From Dictyostelium discoideum (taxonomy: Eukaryota), in the NCBI GenBank assembly GCA_000004695.1, contig CM000155.2, positions 672,001 through 736,000 on the forward strand: a DNA stretch of 64,000 nucleotides. The letters are read 5' to 3'. Every line of letters starts with the position of its first letter. Position 1 is the first letter of the stretch. Position numbers and translations under genes: made by a program. Below the pieces are notes generated by a model that saw nothing but the letters and a program-made list of their open reading frames with translations, searched no databases and was not told the origin of the DNA. This document shows positions 38,006 through 50,819 of the stretch, piece by piece.

Positions 38006-38137
38006 CATGGCTGTTCATGAACAATTTAATATGATATAAACACAAATTCTATAAACACGAAAATTTGTGTTTATAGAAATTTGTGTTTATATCATATTAA
38101 ATTGTTCATGAACACATTTTTGGTGTTCATGAACACC
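38006..38137. repeat. Nested palindrome with three copies of the 12-bp palindrome TGTTCATGAACA
   Basis: The arm gttcatgaacaatttaatatgatataaacacaaatt (38013-38048) is matched by its reverse complement at 38078-38113 (33 of 36 positions pair, contiguously). Between them lies the hairpin ctataaacac-gaaaattt-gtgtttatag. TGTTCATGAACA sits at 38012-38023, 38103-38114 and 38124-38135. Confidence 0.85.
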
Positions 38138-39007
38138 CTATCTCTTTGAAATATGTACAGAATAAGGACTCCTCTCATAAAAAATGTGCAAATAGTTATA
38201 AATAATCGATCTATTAATTTTTTTTTTAATTTAAAAAATTCAATTTTTCAATTACTGATTTCACTTTTTTATAAAATACAATATAACAATTTTTTTTTTT
38301 TTTTTTTTTTATTATTATTGGAAAAGTTTAAAAAGTAATTTTTTGTTAGAAAAGTTTTTAAAACCAAAAGAGTACCATTGAAATAATTTGATAGTTTCTT
38401 GTTCGACATTATTTATTATTGTTATAAATTTTTTTTTTTTTTTTTTTTTCTTCTCCACTCTTTTTATTTTAATTTTTTTTTTTTTTTTTTTTTTTTTAAT
38501 TGAAAATAAAAAAAATATATTTTTATACATATTTAGAATTAATTTATTTTTTTAGAAATAAATTAAAATTAAAAAAAAAATATATATTTCCAACTTTTTA
38601 AATAGAACAATTTGGGGTTGAATAGAAAATATAATTAATTTTTTATTTGGAATTTCTGACAATTATAGTTTTGTATATATTCAAAATTTTAGAAAATTTT
38701 TACTGAACAAAAAAAAAATTTTAAATAAATATATTGTTTTTAAAAAATAGATTTGTAAAAAAAAAAAAAAAAACAAATAAATGAAAAATAGATCAACAAG
38801 AAATTCAACACCATCAAAATTTTCACTTTTTTTTTTCAAAATTTTTTTTATATATTTATTTTTATTTTTTTTTTTATTTTTTTTTTTTATTTTTTTTCAA
38901 AATTTTTAAAAAATTTGAAACCCTTTTTTTTTTTTTTTTTTTTATTTTTATTTATTTTTTTTTTTTAATTAATTAAATTAATTCTTAATAATAATATTTA
39001 TTTAATA

Positions 39008-39934
39008 ATGTCAAATAATAATAAAAATAAATTAGTTACAGTTGTAGATTCAACAAGTGAAGTTGGAGATTTTGTTACAAGAGCATTATTAAAGGAAGGA
39101 TATAAAGTACGTGCATTAACCAGAAATATAGAATCCAATGCAGCCAAAGCATTAAAGAACTTGGATGCCGAAGTTGTCAAATGTAGTGATACCGATTCAC
39201 CAGCAAACATTCAAGCAGCATTAATCGATACAGAAGTTATATTTTATCCAACCAATTTTTGGAGTTCATTTGAAAAGGAAGTAGAGTATGGCATAAAGTT
39301 TGTGGATGCCGCTCTTTCAGTTAAAACCGTTAAACATTATGTATTCCATGGTTTAATTTCATGTAAAACAGTATCAAACGATAAATATTCCGTACCACAT
39401 TTCGATCTTAAATATAGAGTAGAGCAACATTTACGTAAAGTGTCCAAAGAGAACCCAACATTCATTAGTTCTTTCATATATTCACCTTTTTATATGCAAA
39501 ATTTCTCTTCAATTTTCACACCAAAAAGATCAACCACCACCAATGGTACCTACACAATCAGTATGCCACTCGAAGAATCTAAACCATTGGATATGGTTGA
39601 CATTAAAGATATTGGTCCAATCGTTGCTGGTATCGTTGCTAATCCTTCCAAATACTCTGGTGTCATCGTACCTTTAGCTGGTGAGAAATTAACTGGTGAT
39701 CAAATTTGTCAAGTTTTCACCAAAGTCACTGGTAAACAAGTTAAATATAACTATATCCCACCTGCCACCTTTAGAACCTTTGCTTTCCCTTATGCCAATG
39801 AAATCGCTTCAATGTTTCAATTCTTTTCTGAATTTGGTGCTTTCAATGATTTAGATACAACCTTAGCTTCTTCAATTCATAAATTAACTTCTTTAGAAGA
39901 TTATTTAATTTCAACTAAATTTAGATTTGAATAA
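39008..39934 (+). CDS. NmrA-like family NAD(P)-binding protein (308 aa)
   Basis: N-terminal Rossmann segment LVTVVDSTSEVGDFVTRALLKEGYKVRALTR, with overall NmrA/isoflavone-reductase-like architecture. Single exon. Confidence 0.65.
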   Translation: MSNNNKNKLVTVVDSTSEVGDFVTRALLKEGYKVRALTRNIESNAAKALKNLDAEVVKCSDTDSPANIQAALIDTEVIFYPTNFWSSFEKEVEYGIKFVDAALSVKTVKHYVFHGLISCKTVSNDKYSVPHFDLKYRVEQHLRKVSKENPTFISSFIYSPFYMQNFSSIFTPKRSTTTNGTYTISMPLEESKPLDMVDIKDIGPIVAGIVANPSKYSGVIVPLAGEKLTGDQICQVFTKVTGKQVKYNYIPPATFRTFAFPYANEIASMFQFFSEFGAFNDLDTTLASSIHKLTSLEDYLISTKFRFE

Positions 39935-40313
39935 AATAAAATAAAATTAAAAAAAAAAAAAAAAAAATAATAATAATAATTAATAATTAATAATTAATAT
40001 TTAATAATAAATAACAATAATAATAATAATAATAATAATAATAACCGATAAAACGCTATTAATAATCACATCACTATCAGAACAGAAAATTAATAAATAA
40101 TATTTATTTATGTATGATATAAAATTTATTTTTTATTTTTTATTTTTTTTATTTCTAACATTACTAATAAAAAATAATAATCAATATGTTTATTATTTGT
40201 AATTGGCAAATTATATTATAATAATTTTTTTTTTTTTTTTAATTTTACAAATTAGAGTTTACGTGAACATTCTCTTTATTATTATTTTCTCACTTTTTTT
40301 TTTTTTTATTTTT

Positions 40314-41111
40314 TTATAAAATTAAAAATTTAATAATTAATAAAACTATTGTTGTAAAAATAAATAATGGTGAGACTGAATAATAACCAATTCTTTCATT
40401 TTCTAAATACTCTTCAATTGTTACATTTAAACCTTGTTTGAATGTATATTGTGGTTTGAAACCTAATTCTCTTTTTGCACGTTCATTACTATAGATACGA
40501 TCTTCTTCCATTGCTGACAAAGTTGCTGCTTTAAATAGGAAGGGTTTTCTACTACTAAATGAATACATGAGCAATCCCAATACTCTAATGGCCGGGAAAC
40601 AAATTGATGCGGGTAATTTTAAACGTGGCTTCATTCTATTCAATTTTTCATTTAAGAAAATGATCGCTTCTTTATAGGTTAAACCTTTATCTGGTGAAAT
40701 TATATAGGTATGTGGTAATCCATCAGTATCATCAGTTGCTAATTTCTCTTTATGAATTGATAACATAATTGATTGAATGAAATCATCAATATGTGTATAC
40801 ATGATATTACCATTGGCAAATGATGGAATGAAAAATAAAATACCATATGACACTGATTGTATCAATTCAAATATACTAAATTGATCATCTTTTCCAAAAA
40901 TTCCAGTTGGTCTTAAAATAATCGTATCCAATCCATACTTTTTCTCGTAACGTCTAACATGATCCTCTGCTAATCTCTTGGTTTCACCATAATAATAACT
41001 TGGATGTGAATATGGGTCATCTAATTCTGATAATGGTATACCTGTAATTGGTTTTTTACCTCCCATAGTTTCAGTTGTTGAACAATAAATAAACCTTCTA
41101 ATTAATGATGA

Positions 41112-41198
<87 letters not shown>

Positions 41199-41687
41199 TA
41201 TATTATTTATATTATTTATATTATTATTATTTATATTATTATTATTATTATTTACACTATTCATTTTTGGAGATGAATTTAAAATTGTTGATGTACATGA
41301 TGCTTTTAATAAATTTTCTGTACCAATTACATTGGTTTTATGAATATTTGAATAATCAATTGAATTCCTAGGATAAAAGTCCATCATTGATGCTAAATGA
41401 ATTATTACCTTTATTTGATTATTTGTGATTATTGATTTTAAAAATTCGATACATTTTGATTGTGAAGTGACTGATGATTGTAAATCAACAAAATCACCAA
41501 TAATTAAATTAAAATTTTTATATTTTTCAATTAATTCTTTAATAAATTCACTATGACTTGATTTTTCTCTAACTAATGCATACACGTTATTATTTTTAGT
41601 TGAATCATCTTCAAGTAAAACTTTTATTAAATTACTTCCAACATATCCTGTTAATCCAGTTATTAATATATTTTCATTTTGAATCAT
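40314..41687 (-). CDS. Extended-SDR (NAD-dependent epimerase/dehydratase or 3beta-HSD-like) protein with a poly-Asn insert and C-terminal TM
   Basis: ILITGLTGYVGSNL (GxxGxxG) and a catalytic YGETK (YxxxK). An (AAT)n tract at 41105-41260 encodes Asn runs. The C-terminus is hydrophobic (LFIFTTIVLLIIKFLIL). Confidence 0.6.
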
Positions 41688-42428
41688 TTTTTTTTTTTTA
41701 TTTAATTTATATATATAAATTTATAGTTATTAATTTATTAATTGAATGTTTTTTTTATATTATTACTACAAAAATAATAACCACTCCCTTTTGATGATAT
41801 AATTTTTTTTTTTTTTTAATGAAATTAAAAATTAAAAATTTTTATTATTTTTTTTTTATTTTTTTATTAATTTTTTTTTTTTTATGAAATTATTTTTATT
41901 TTTATTTTATTTTTATTTTTTTATTTTTTATTTTTTTTTTCACAAATAGTAATAATGCGAACTAAATTGGGGAATCATTTGAAATTGAGGAATTAAAAAA
42001 AAAAATAAATAAAAAAATATGATTATACTATAAATGAAAAGAAAAAACATTTTATTACCAAATAAAAAAACTCAAAGAGGAAATTTATTTATATTTTTTT
42101 TTTTTTTATAAAAATAAATATTCCTTTTTTTTCATTTTCATTTTTTTTTTATTTTTTTATTTTTTTATTTTTTTTTTTAAAAAATTTCATACAGATCCTC
42201 AAATTATATTATCATTCATAAATAAACAATAACAAATAAACAAATAAAATAAATAAATAAATAAATAAATTCTATTTACTCACATATACATAAACAAATA
42301 ATACGTATTTCTTAAAAGATCTATTCACATAAACAAATATATTATAATATAATAATTAATAATTATTTGAAATTGTTTTTAAATTTTTTATTCATTGTGG
42401 GTTTTGTTTTTTTTTTTTTTATTATAAT

Positions 42429-44752
42429 ATGAATAATATTTTTGCATACAAAGAGATTGAATCACCAATTGATGATCAAATTTGTAAAGACTATAAAACA
42501 AAATATGCAAACCCTTCAATACCAATTATAATTGATAATGGGTCCTATCAATGTAGAGCAGGTTTTGCAAATGATATATCGCCAAAATGTAATAGATCAA
42601 TTATAATAATAATAAATAAATAAAGATATAATTTATGTTGAAACATTTATATAAAAAAACATAACTTATTAATTTTTTTTTATTTTCTGAAAAACAATAG
42701 TAATATTTAGATCATTAGTTGGTAAAGTTAAAAGTACATCAAGTCCAATTGTTGGTAATTCATTAAAAGAAGGTGATATTTCAAGATTAACAATAAAGAG
42801 TCCATTTGACTCAAATTTATTAGTTCACCCACCATCACAAGAGAGTATATTTGATTATATATTCCATAAATTTGGTATTGAAAATGAAATTGAAAATCCT
42901 GTTTTAATTACTGAACCAACTTCAAATCCAACATTTTGTAGAAAATGTAAGTTTTTTTTTTTTTTTTTTTTTTTTTAATTAATTAATTGATTGATTTATT
43001 AATTTATTTTTTTTTTTTAAAAAAAAAAAAAGACATGAGTGAATTATTATTTGAATGTTATAATATAAAATCAGTTGTTTATGGTATTGATTCATTATTT
43101 TCATTTTATGGACAAAGAGATCAATTTAAAGATGGTGGTAAAAATTCATTAATTATTGGATCAAGTTTTAATACAACTCATATATATAATGTTCAAAATT
43201 ATAATGTTTCTCATCAACAAACTAAAAGAATAAATATAGGTGGTGGTGCATCAACTGATTATCTTAGAAAATTAATTCATTTAAAATATCCTAAACATAA
43301 ATCTTATTTTACTCAAAATTATACAAATGTAAGTTTATTAATTTTTATTATTATTATTATTATTATTAAAATTATTAAATTATTTATTTTAAAAATTAGA
43401 AAATTAAAGAAGAACATTGTTATGTTTCACAAGGTCAATATATTGAAGAATTAAAAGAATTTGAAAATGATCAATTAGCAAAAGAGAAATCAGTTATAAT
43501 TCAATTACCTTATCAAGAGATTGATTTTGAGAAATTAGAAGAGGAAAGACAAAGAAAAATTCAAAATCGAAAAGATTTAGGTGCGAAATTAAGGGAGTTG
43601 GCAGATAAGAAACGTTTAGAAAAGAAAACGGAATTAGAGGATAAATTAGCTTCATTGGAATCAATATTAGCATTAAAGACTACAAATGTTGAAGAGTTTC
43701 AACAAACATTGAAATCAAAATCCTATGCAACTGAAAAGGATTTAATTAGGGATATAGATGATTTAAAAGATAAACTATTTGGAAAGAAGAAAGAGAGTGA
43801 ACAAGTTGAAGACACTGAAGAATTCCCATTGTTATTTATTGCAGATTCAGAGTTGAATGCTGATCAATTAAAAGAAAAGAAAAAACAAAGACAATTAAAG
43901 AGTATGAAAGATGGTAGATTAGCACAAAAGAGAAAAAGAGATGAAGAGAAAGAGAAAGAGAAAGAAAAGGAGGAGGAACGTGATCGTCAAGAGGAAGAAT
44001 CATTCTTGAAGGATCCTGAACATTATTTAAAGGATCTTCATAGTAGAAAATCGAAAATTTTGGAAAAAAGAGAAGCAAGACAAAAGCAAAAACAAAAAGC
44101 CAATATAGTTCAAAGAAATTCAAGGCTAAGAACAATTGTAAATCCAACCAATCATGGTAACTATGGTGAAAAGGGTGAAGAGGTCGAAGATCCTGAAGAG
44201 GCAGAAGAATCAAGAGAAATGGCAATTCTTGATAAACTATTGAATAAATTCGATCCAACTAGTATTAGTAGTGCCATCGTTAGTCATGATGATCAATTCC
44301 CAATAGGTGAATATCATACCGCTGAAGATTTTCAAGTTTCATTGGGCGTTGAAAGAATTAAATGTCCTGAAACTTTATTTCAACCAAAAGCAATCATTGG
44401 TGTGGATCAAATGGGTTTGGTTGAGGCTATTATCTCTTCAATTCTCTCCCAATTGCCAGTGGATACACGTAAATTGGTAACAGAGAATATCTTCCTCACT
44501 GGTGGTAATGTAAATACTAAACACTTTAAAGATAGAATTCATTATGAAATTCAACAAATTCGTGAACCATATTCACCTTTAACCATCTTAAAATCAAAAG
44601 ACTCTCAATTGGATGCTTGGTTAGGTGCTAGAAAATGGTGTTTAGATAATCAAGATAATTGGTCAAATGTTTCAATCTCTAAACAAGATTATCAAGAAAA
44701 AGGTTATGATTATATTAAAAGTCATTTTGCTTCCAATCTTTCTTTAAATTAA
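42429..44752 (+). CDS. arpE: Actin-related protein 5 (Arp5, INO80 complex), four exons, about 684 aa
   Basis: Exons are 42429..42588 (IIIDNGSYQCRAGFANDISPK, donor GTAATA), 42701..42946 (IFRSLVGKVK...SPFDSNLLVHPP...VLITEPTSNPTFCRK, donor GTAAGT), 43033..43328 (MSELLFECYNIKSVVYGIDSLFSF...KRINIGGGASTDYLRKLIHLKYP) and 43400..44752 (EEHCYVSQGQYIEEL... a long charged insert ...NIFLTGGNVN...LDAWLGARKWCL). It is collinear with the Arp5 sequence I recall. Confidence 0.85.
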
Positions 44753-44978
44753 TAAAAATAAAAAAAATAAAAAAAAAATAAACTATATAGTATTATAAAA
44801 AATATAGTATTATAAAAAATAGTTTTCTATTAAAAAAAAAAAAAAAATAATAATAATAATAATAATAATAAATAGGAAATTTTTGGTTCTTTTTTTTTTT
44901 ATTTATTTATTTATTTATTTATTTCATTAAATATATTATTTACATTGGATCGATCCTTGTTTATTTTTTTCTTTCTTT

Positions 44979-45785
44979 TTAATCTTTCATTTCTAATGCA
45001 ACATATGATGCATTGTTTTGAGCTGTTGAAATTCTACCTGTTCTAAATCTTTTATATAATATAATACAAACAAATACTACACATGCACCGCCTATTACAT
45101 ATACTATAATTGTACTATTGAAAACTAAATATATTTTTTTACATATATATAATATTATATATATATGGGAGTGTTAATAAATTAGTTTAATAAACACACA
45201 TCAAAAAAGACAATAAAATTTTTTAAAAAAAAAAAACCTACTTGAATTATCACTGTATGGATCTTCTTCATCTCCAAGATGAGTAGGTCCCGTTGGATCT
45301 GATGTTGTAGGTTTTGTGGATTCTGTTGTTGATGTTGTTGATGTTGTTGGTATTGTTGTTGTTGTTGTTGTTGGTATTGTTGTTGTTGTTGTTGTTGGTA
45401 TTGTTGTTGTTGTTGTTGTTGGTATTGTTGTTGTTGTTGTTGTTGTTGTTGGTATTGTTGTTGTTGTTGTTGTTGTTGTGGATGTTTCTGCTGGTTCTGT
45501 TGCTTGTGATCCTCCTGACGTTGAGGTTGTTGTTGTTGTTGTGGGTGTTTCTGCTGGTTCTGTTGCTTGTGATCCTCCTGATGTTGAGGTTGTTGTTGTT
45601 GTTGTGGGTGCTGATGTTGATGATGTTGTTGTTGTGGGTGCTGAAGATGATGATGGTGTTGTTGGTAGTGGATGAAAAGTTAAACTATTCGAATCATCAC
45701 TATCATCACCTAGAGTGGATACTGAATAATGAGATATGAATACCAGAAGCAGGCATAATAAAAAAAATAATCGTTTTGACTTCAT
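44979..45785 (-). CDS. Mucin-like type I membrane protein (signal peptide, Thr-rich repeats, TM, short tail), two exons
   Basis: Exon 1 is 45785..45242 (MKSKRLFFLLCLLLVFISHYSVSTLG..., then perfect repeats SGGSQATEPAE[TS]PTTTTTT and TTTTTTIP x5, donor GTAGGT). The intron ends atttag. Exon 2 is 45124..44979 (FNSTIIVYVIGGACVVFVCIILYKRFRTGRISTAQNNASYVALEMKD*). The track ORF starts further upstream at 45842, but the signal peptide fits the Met at 45785. Confidence 0.6.
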
Positions 45786-46096
45786 CCTTAAATTTATGAA
45801 AAAAAAAAAATATATATTGGGTTTGAAACTGACACTGTTCAAAAAAAAGAAAAAAAAATAGAAAAAAAAAAAAAAAGAAAAAAAAAAAAAATAAAAAAAT
45901 AAAATTAAAAATAAAAATAAAAATAAAAATAAAAATTAAAAATCTACGTTGCGAAAAACAGGAATATTATATTTAATTTTTTTTTTTTTTTATTTTTATT
46001 TTTTTTAATTTTAATTTTATTTTCATTCCCAATTTGTTTGATCTGCCTAGATGTAACAAATTCCCCAAAACTACTTTTTACCATAAAATTTTTTTC

Positions 46097-46128
<32 letters not shown>

Positions 46129-46261
46129 CGATATAAAAAAAAAAAAAAATTAAAATAAAAAATAAAAATAAAAATAAAATTAAAAAAATAATAAATCAAC
46201 TTGTTGTTGCTTTCACTGTTTATTAAATATTTAATTTCAAATTCTATATCACCATTTATTG

Positions 46262-46500
46262 TTTCAAAAAAGTGGTGAAATTAGAAAAAATACAAACCTA
46301 TATTGAAAATAATAAATATAAAATTTAATATTAAATAAATACCTGTGTCGGAGAAAATGCTGAGAACAATATACAAAAACATAATTCTAAAATTATAATA
46401 TTTTATTATTTTTATACTGTATTGATTTTGAACGAGAATAATAATAATCACTCTCTTCTTGAGTAATAACACCATCACCAACAACAATCAACAATAATAA
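46262..46500 (-). pseudogene. Partial third copy (5' flank plus exon 1) of the UNC93-like gene at 47367..48881
   Basis: 46330-46480 is about 85% identical to 48700-48850, including ...ttctccgacacaggtattt (the exon-1 end plus donor). No downstream exons follow. Unit boundaries are marked by tttcactgtttattaaatatttaatt at 46215-46245 and 47313-47340. Confidence 0.55.
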
Positions 46501-46651
46501 TTAATAAAAATTTATATTATAGTTCACAAAAGTTAAACTGTTTATTTTTTTGCTTTTTAGTTTTTGTGATAGATACGGTAACTGATAACCGGTAAGGGGT
46601 TTCCGGTGTTTAATGTGTATAGGTAATGGTAACCGGATATAAAAGTGGTAG

Positions 46652-47160
46652 TTATTCATTGTCACTCTCATCATTTTCTTCTTCTTGTTCTTCATCTTCT
46701 TCTTCTGATTCACTTTCTCCTTCTGAATCGGTTAGCCCAGTTGTTTCAATTTCTACATCTACACCCCTTGGCACGTCACATAATCTAACTAGCTTACCAT
46801 TAAGTATTCCCGCTTTCATAGTTTTTAATATACGATCACGGTACTCCGGATCCCTATTCCGCCATTCTAAACAATCGTTGTATGTCTGGCAGCCAATTGA
46901 CATTATGGTGGGTTTGGGCGACGTTTGAATATTTTACAATCATCATAGTAATCATTAACTGCCTTGAGATATCCTTCGAAAGTTATCCTATAAATTTCTT
47001 TCATTTTTTTTTACATTCTTTTGTACAGAGTCTATTTATCTCAGGGAATCTATCCTGGTCAAATAATTTATCATCGTATAAAAAGGGGCCCGATTCTTTA
47101 AGGTCTTCTATTGAAAAGCGGTCATGTCCGCATCCACCTACTTTTCTCAACATCATTTTG
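46652..47160 (-). pseudogene. GC-richer ~650-bp segment with three collinear ORF pieces in different frames (unknown protein, acidic tail)
   Basis: Piece 1 is 47160..47008 (MMLRKVGGCGHDRFSIEDLKESGPFLYDDKLFDQDRFPEINRLCTKECKKK*). Piece 2 is 47006..46905 (MKEIYRITFEGYLKAVNDYYDDCKIFKRRPNPP*), one base off after an A9 run. Piece 3 is 46903..46652 (MSIGCQTYNDCLEWRNRDPEYRDRILKTMKAGILNGKLVRLCDVPRGVDVEIETTG, then an acidic tail). Composition is locally GC-richer (ccggtaacc, gggcccgattc). Confidence 0.35.
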
Positions 47161-47366
47161 TTGTGTTTAAATTGAGTAAAAATAAAAAAAATAAAAAATA
47201 AAAAAATAAAAAAATAAAAAAATAAAAAACAAATTAAAAAAATAAATTAAAAAAAAAAAATAATAAACACAGAATATAACATTAAGAAAATTTATAATAA
47301 TCAAATGATGTTGTTTTCACTGTTTATTAAATATTTAATTATTTTTTTATTTTTTTATTTTTTTTT

Positions 47367-48881
47367 TTAAACACTTTTTGAAAAATTATCAGCGAAAATG
47401 AAAAATACACAAGAAATGATTACTAAACAATCTAAAACAAAGACATTTTCAAATAATGAAGCATATGGACCATATATAAAAGCAACAGCAGTTGCAGTTG
47501 ATTGAACAAATTTGAAAACACCAACAGCAGCTTCACCATTTGTTGGATAAAGTACACCAAGTAAAGAATATAATTGAGTATTGAAACCCGCATCTGAAAA
47601 TCCTAATAATGCACTACCAATAAAATAACAAAGTATTTTATATTCACCATAATTATTATTATTATTAATTGAGAAATATATTATTTTTGATTGATTAACT
47701 AAAATAATCAAAACTGTACCAATGATAGAAGAAATTGTTGAAATTAAAATTAAAATTTTTCTACCAATTTTAAATGATAATTTACCTAAAATAAAACTTG
47801 ATAATGCATCAAAAAATCCAAAAACACTCATAACATAACCAACCCATTCAACACCAATTAAAGATGGAAATACACCAAAAAAAAAAGTTTGACTTATACC
47901 ACTATAAAGCAATGATGGAATTAATAATTGAATTGGTTTATCTTTAAATAGAATAATTATAGATTTAAAAATATTTTTTATAGATAAATCATCATCGTCA
48001 TGATTTTCTTGATTTCCTTTTGTTTCTTCATCTTGAATATTTATTGATTTAATAGTTTTTTTAATTTTAGGAGTAATTGGACATTTTAAAAATAAAAATC
48101 CGATAATCGGCATTAAAGAAATTCCCATAAAAATAGTAAATAAGATGCTATTTGAAAGTCCAGCTTTATTAATTAATGTTGCTGATCCTATATTTCCAAT
48201 GATTTGATCTGTTTGAAATAATGCAAAAAACTATTATTTAAATAATAAATTAGAATTTATATGTAAAAAAAAAAAAAATAATAAAAATTTATATACAACT
48301 TACTAAACCTGTATTAGCGCCAATAGTTTCTTCTGTTGAATATTTAATTATTAATGAACCTTGTGCATTCCATAATATTGCACCGCCAAATCCAACTAAA
48401 ATTGATGAAATATATAATGATGGTTGAGTAACATAAATATTTGATCCAATATATATAGCATATGATAATGTTCCTATAATTAATGATATTTTTTCACCAA
48501 ATTTTGAAACAATAAATGGTGATATAAAATTTGAAATTGATAAAGATGAATATAATACAGCCAATGTATAATATCCCAAATTTTGATTAATTGTTGTTTG
48601 TAAAATCTTTTTTAAAAAAAAAAAATAATTATATAAATTAGAATATATACACACCTTTACTGAAAAAAATAAAAATAAATATTTAATATTAAATAAATAA
48701 ATACTTGTGTCGGAGAAAATGCTGAAAATAATATACAAAAACATAATCCTAAAATTATAATATTTATTTTATTATTATTTTTATTCTGTATTGATTTTGA
48801 ATGAGAATAATAATCATTCTCTTCTTGATGATGATGATCATTTAGTAATGGAGTTTGTAATAAATCTTCTTTATTTTTCAT
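47367..48881 (-). CDS. UNC93-like protein MFSD11 homologue (MFS), paralogue C, three exons, about 447 aa
   Basis: Exons are 48881..48705 (MKNKEDLLQTPLLND...ILFSAFSPTQ, donor GTATTT), 48606..48304 (ILQTTINQNLGYYTLAVLY...VGFGGAILWNAQGSLIIKYSTEETIGANTGL, donor GTAAGT) and 48230..47367 (FFALFQTDQIIGNIGSATL...FGFFDALSSFILGKLSFKIGRK...). The GxGxAxLWxAQG motif is the UNC93/MFSD11 hallmark. Confidence 0.75.
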
Positions 48882-49304
48882 TTTTTATTTTTTATTTTTA
48901 TTTTTTTTATTACGACATCATCAATAATCTTATCTTTTAAAAAATAAAAAAAAAACTACTTTTTACCAAAAAATGAAGAAAAAGAATAGAAAAAAAAAAA
49001 TAGAATCATAATGATTCTCTTTTTTTTTTTTTTTCGTGATATTTTCACTCCTATTCTCCTGCAATCACTTTTGAAAAAAAAAAATTAAAAAAATAAAAAA
49101 ATAAAAAAAAAAAATATCTTTTTTGATTTTTAAAAATATCTTTTCTGAATTATCATTTGTTTTTTTTTTTTTTTTTTTTTTATAAAACGATAAATAATTT
49201 AAAATAAATGAAAAAAAAGGTATAAAGAATATTGGGGGAAAAAATATTTTAATTTTATTTAAATTATATCTATATTATTTTCTTTTTCTATTTTTTTTTT
49301 TTTT

Positions 49305-50819
49305 TCAAACAGTTAACTCATCAATTGAAACTCTTTTTGAAAAATTATCAGCAAACATGAATAATACACAAGATAAAATTACTAAAGAACCAACGATAAT
49401 GACATTATCAAATAATGTAGCATATGGACCATAGACAAAGGCAGCAGCAGTTGCAGTTGACTGAACGAATTTGAAAACACCGGCAGCAGCTTCACCTTTC
49501 TTTGGATAGATAACACCGATTAATGCGTATAATTGAGTATTGAAGCCGGCATCTGCCAAACCTAATAAAGCGGCAACTATGAAATAGTATGGTATTCTCT
49601 CTGATTGTGTTGAGACTAATCTGTCCAATAGGATACATAAAACAGTACCAGAAATACAAAACACGGTACTAAAGACCACAAGTATCTTTCTACCGAAAAT
49701 ATCAGACAATTTACCCATGATCATACTGCCAGCAGCATCGCAAAAACCAAATACAGCCATCACATAACCAATCCATTCCTTACCAAGTAATTGAGGGAAT
49801 ACACCAAAAAAGAATGACTGACTAATACCACTATAAAGCAATGGTGCTACTAATAATTGAATTGGTCTATCTTTAAATAAAACTATAGTTGATAATAAAC
49901 GATCCCTAATTGACATAGTTTGATTCTCTTTCTCCACTATTTGACCTTTATCATTTACTTTAACTGGTTTACCCAATATTGCAAATCCCAATATCGACAA
50001 TAATGATACACCTAAAAATATTAAAAATAAAACCTCATTTTGTAAACCTGCTTTATCAATCAATGCTGCTGTACCTAAATTACCAATAATTTGATTAATT
50101 TGAAATAATGCAAAAAACTAATAAATAAAATCTATTAATAACACTTATATTTTTAATTATTATTATTATTATTATTATTATTATTTATTCTAAAATGAAA
50201 AAAAAAAAACATACTAAACCAGTATTTGCGCCAATTGTACTCTCTGTTGAACATTGAATTACAAAAGAACCTTGAGCAGTCCATAAAATAGCACCACCAA
50301 TACCAAGTAAAACTGACGCACCATATAATGTTGGTATTGTAACTTTAATATTTGCTGCGATATATGCTGAATATGTTAATGTACCAACTATTAATGATAA
50401 TCTTTCTCCTAATTTTAAAATTACAAATGGTGATATAAAATTTGTTACTGATAAAAATGCATATAATACTGCTAATGAATCTGACCCGAGATTTTTATTA
50501 ATTGTAGTTTGTAATTCCTAAAATAATAATACATACATATGTATATATATATATACACATATAAACACACAAATTATTATTATTAATATGATATGTGTAA
50601 TTTTGAAAAAGAAACTCTTGAAGTTGGATTATAATATTATAAAAATTAAATAAATACCTGAGTTGGAGAAAATGCTGAAAATAAAATACAAAAACTTAAT
50701 CCTAAAACTATAATATTATATTTACTTCTATTTCTAAATGATGGTTTAGAATATTGATAATCACTATTAAGTAAAGGCTGTACTTCACCTTCACCTCTTC
50801 CTTCATTAATTGGTTTCAT
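49305..50819 (-). CDS. UNC93-like protein MFSD11 homologue (MFS), paralogue D, three exons, about 425 aa
   Basis: Exons are 50819..50658 (MKPINEGRGEGEVQPLLNSDYQYSK...ILFSAFSPTQ, donor GTATTT), 50517..50215 (ELQTTINKNLG...GIGGAILWTAQGSFVIQCSTESTIGANTGL, donor GTATGT) and 50117..49305. Exon phases and lengths match paralogue C. Confidence 0.75.

Noticed and set aside
43836-44258. Minus-strand 140-aa ORF inside Arp5 exon 4
   Set aside because: It is antisense to a well-supported conserved Arp5 coding region. Its Leu/Phe/Ser-rich composition is the complement of the Lys/Glu-rich insert.
45314-45739. Plus-strand poly-Leu and poly-Val ORFs
   Set aside because: They are antisense of the (ACA)n Thr repeats of the mucin-like gene. 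The minus-strand reading has a signal peptide, a TM segment and a stop, so it is the coding strand.
46560-46650. Possible tRNA gene in the GC-richer block (gatagatacggtaactgataaccggtaaggggtttccggtg...)
   Set aside because: I could not fold it into a cloverleaf. There is no GTTC-type T-loop and no matching acceptor stem.
46626-46928. Plus-strand Ser-rich ORF
   Set aside because: It is antisense of the acidic Glu/Asp tail of the minus-strand ORF 46652..46903. The Ser richness is the complement of GAA/GAT codons.
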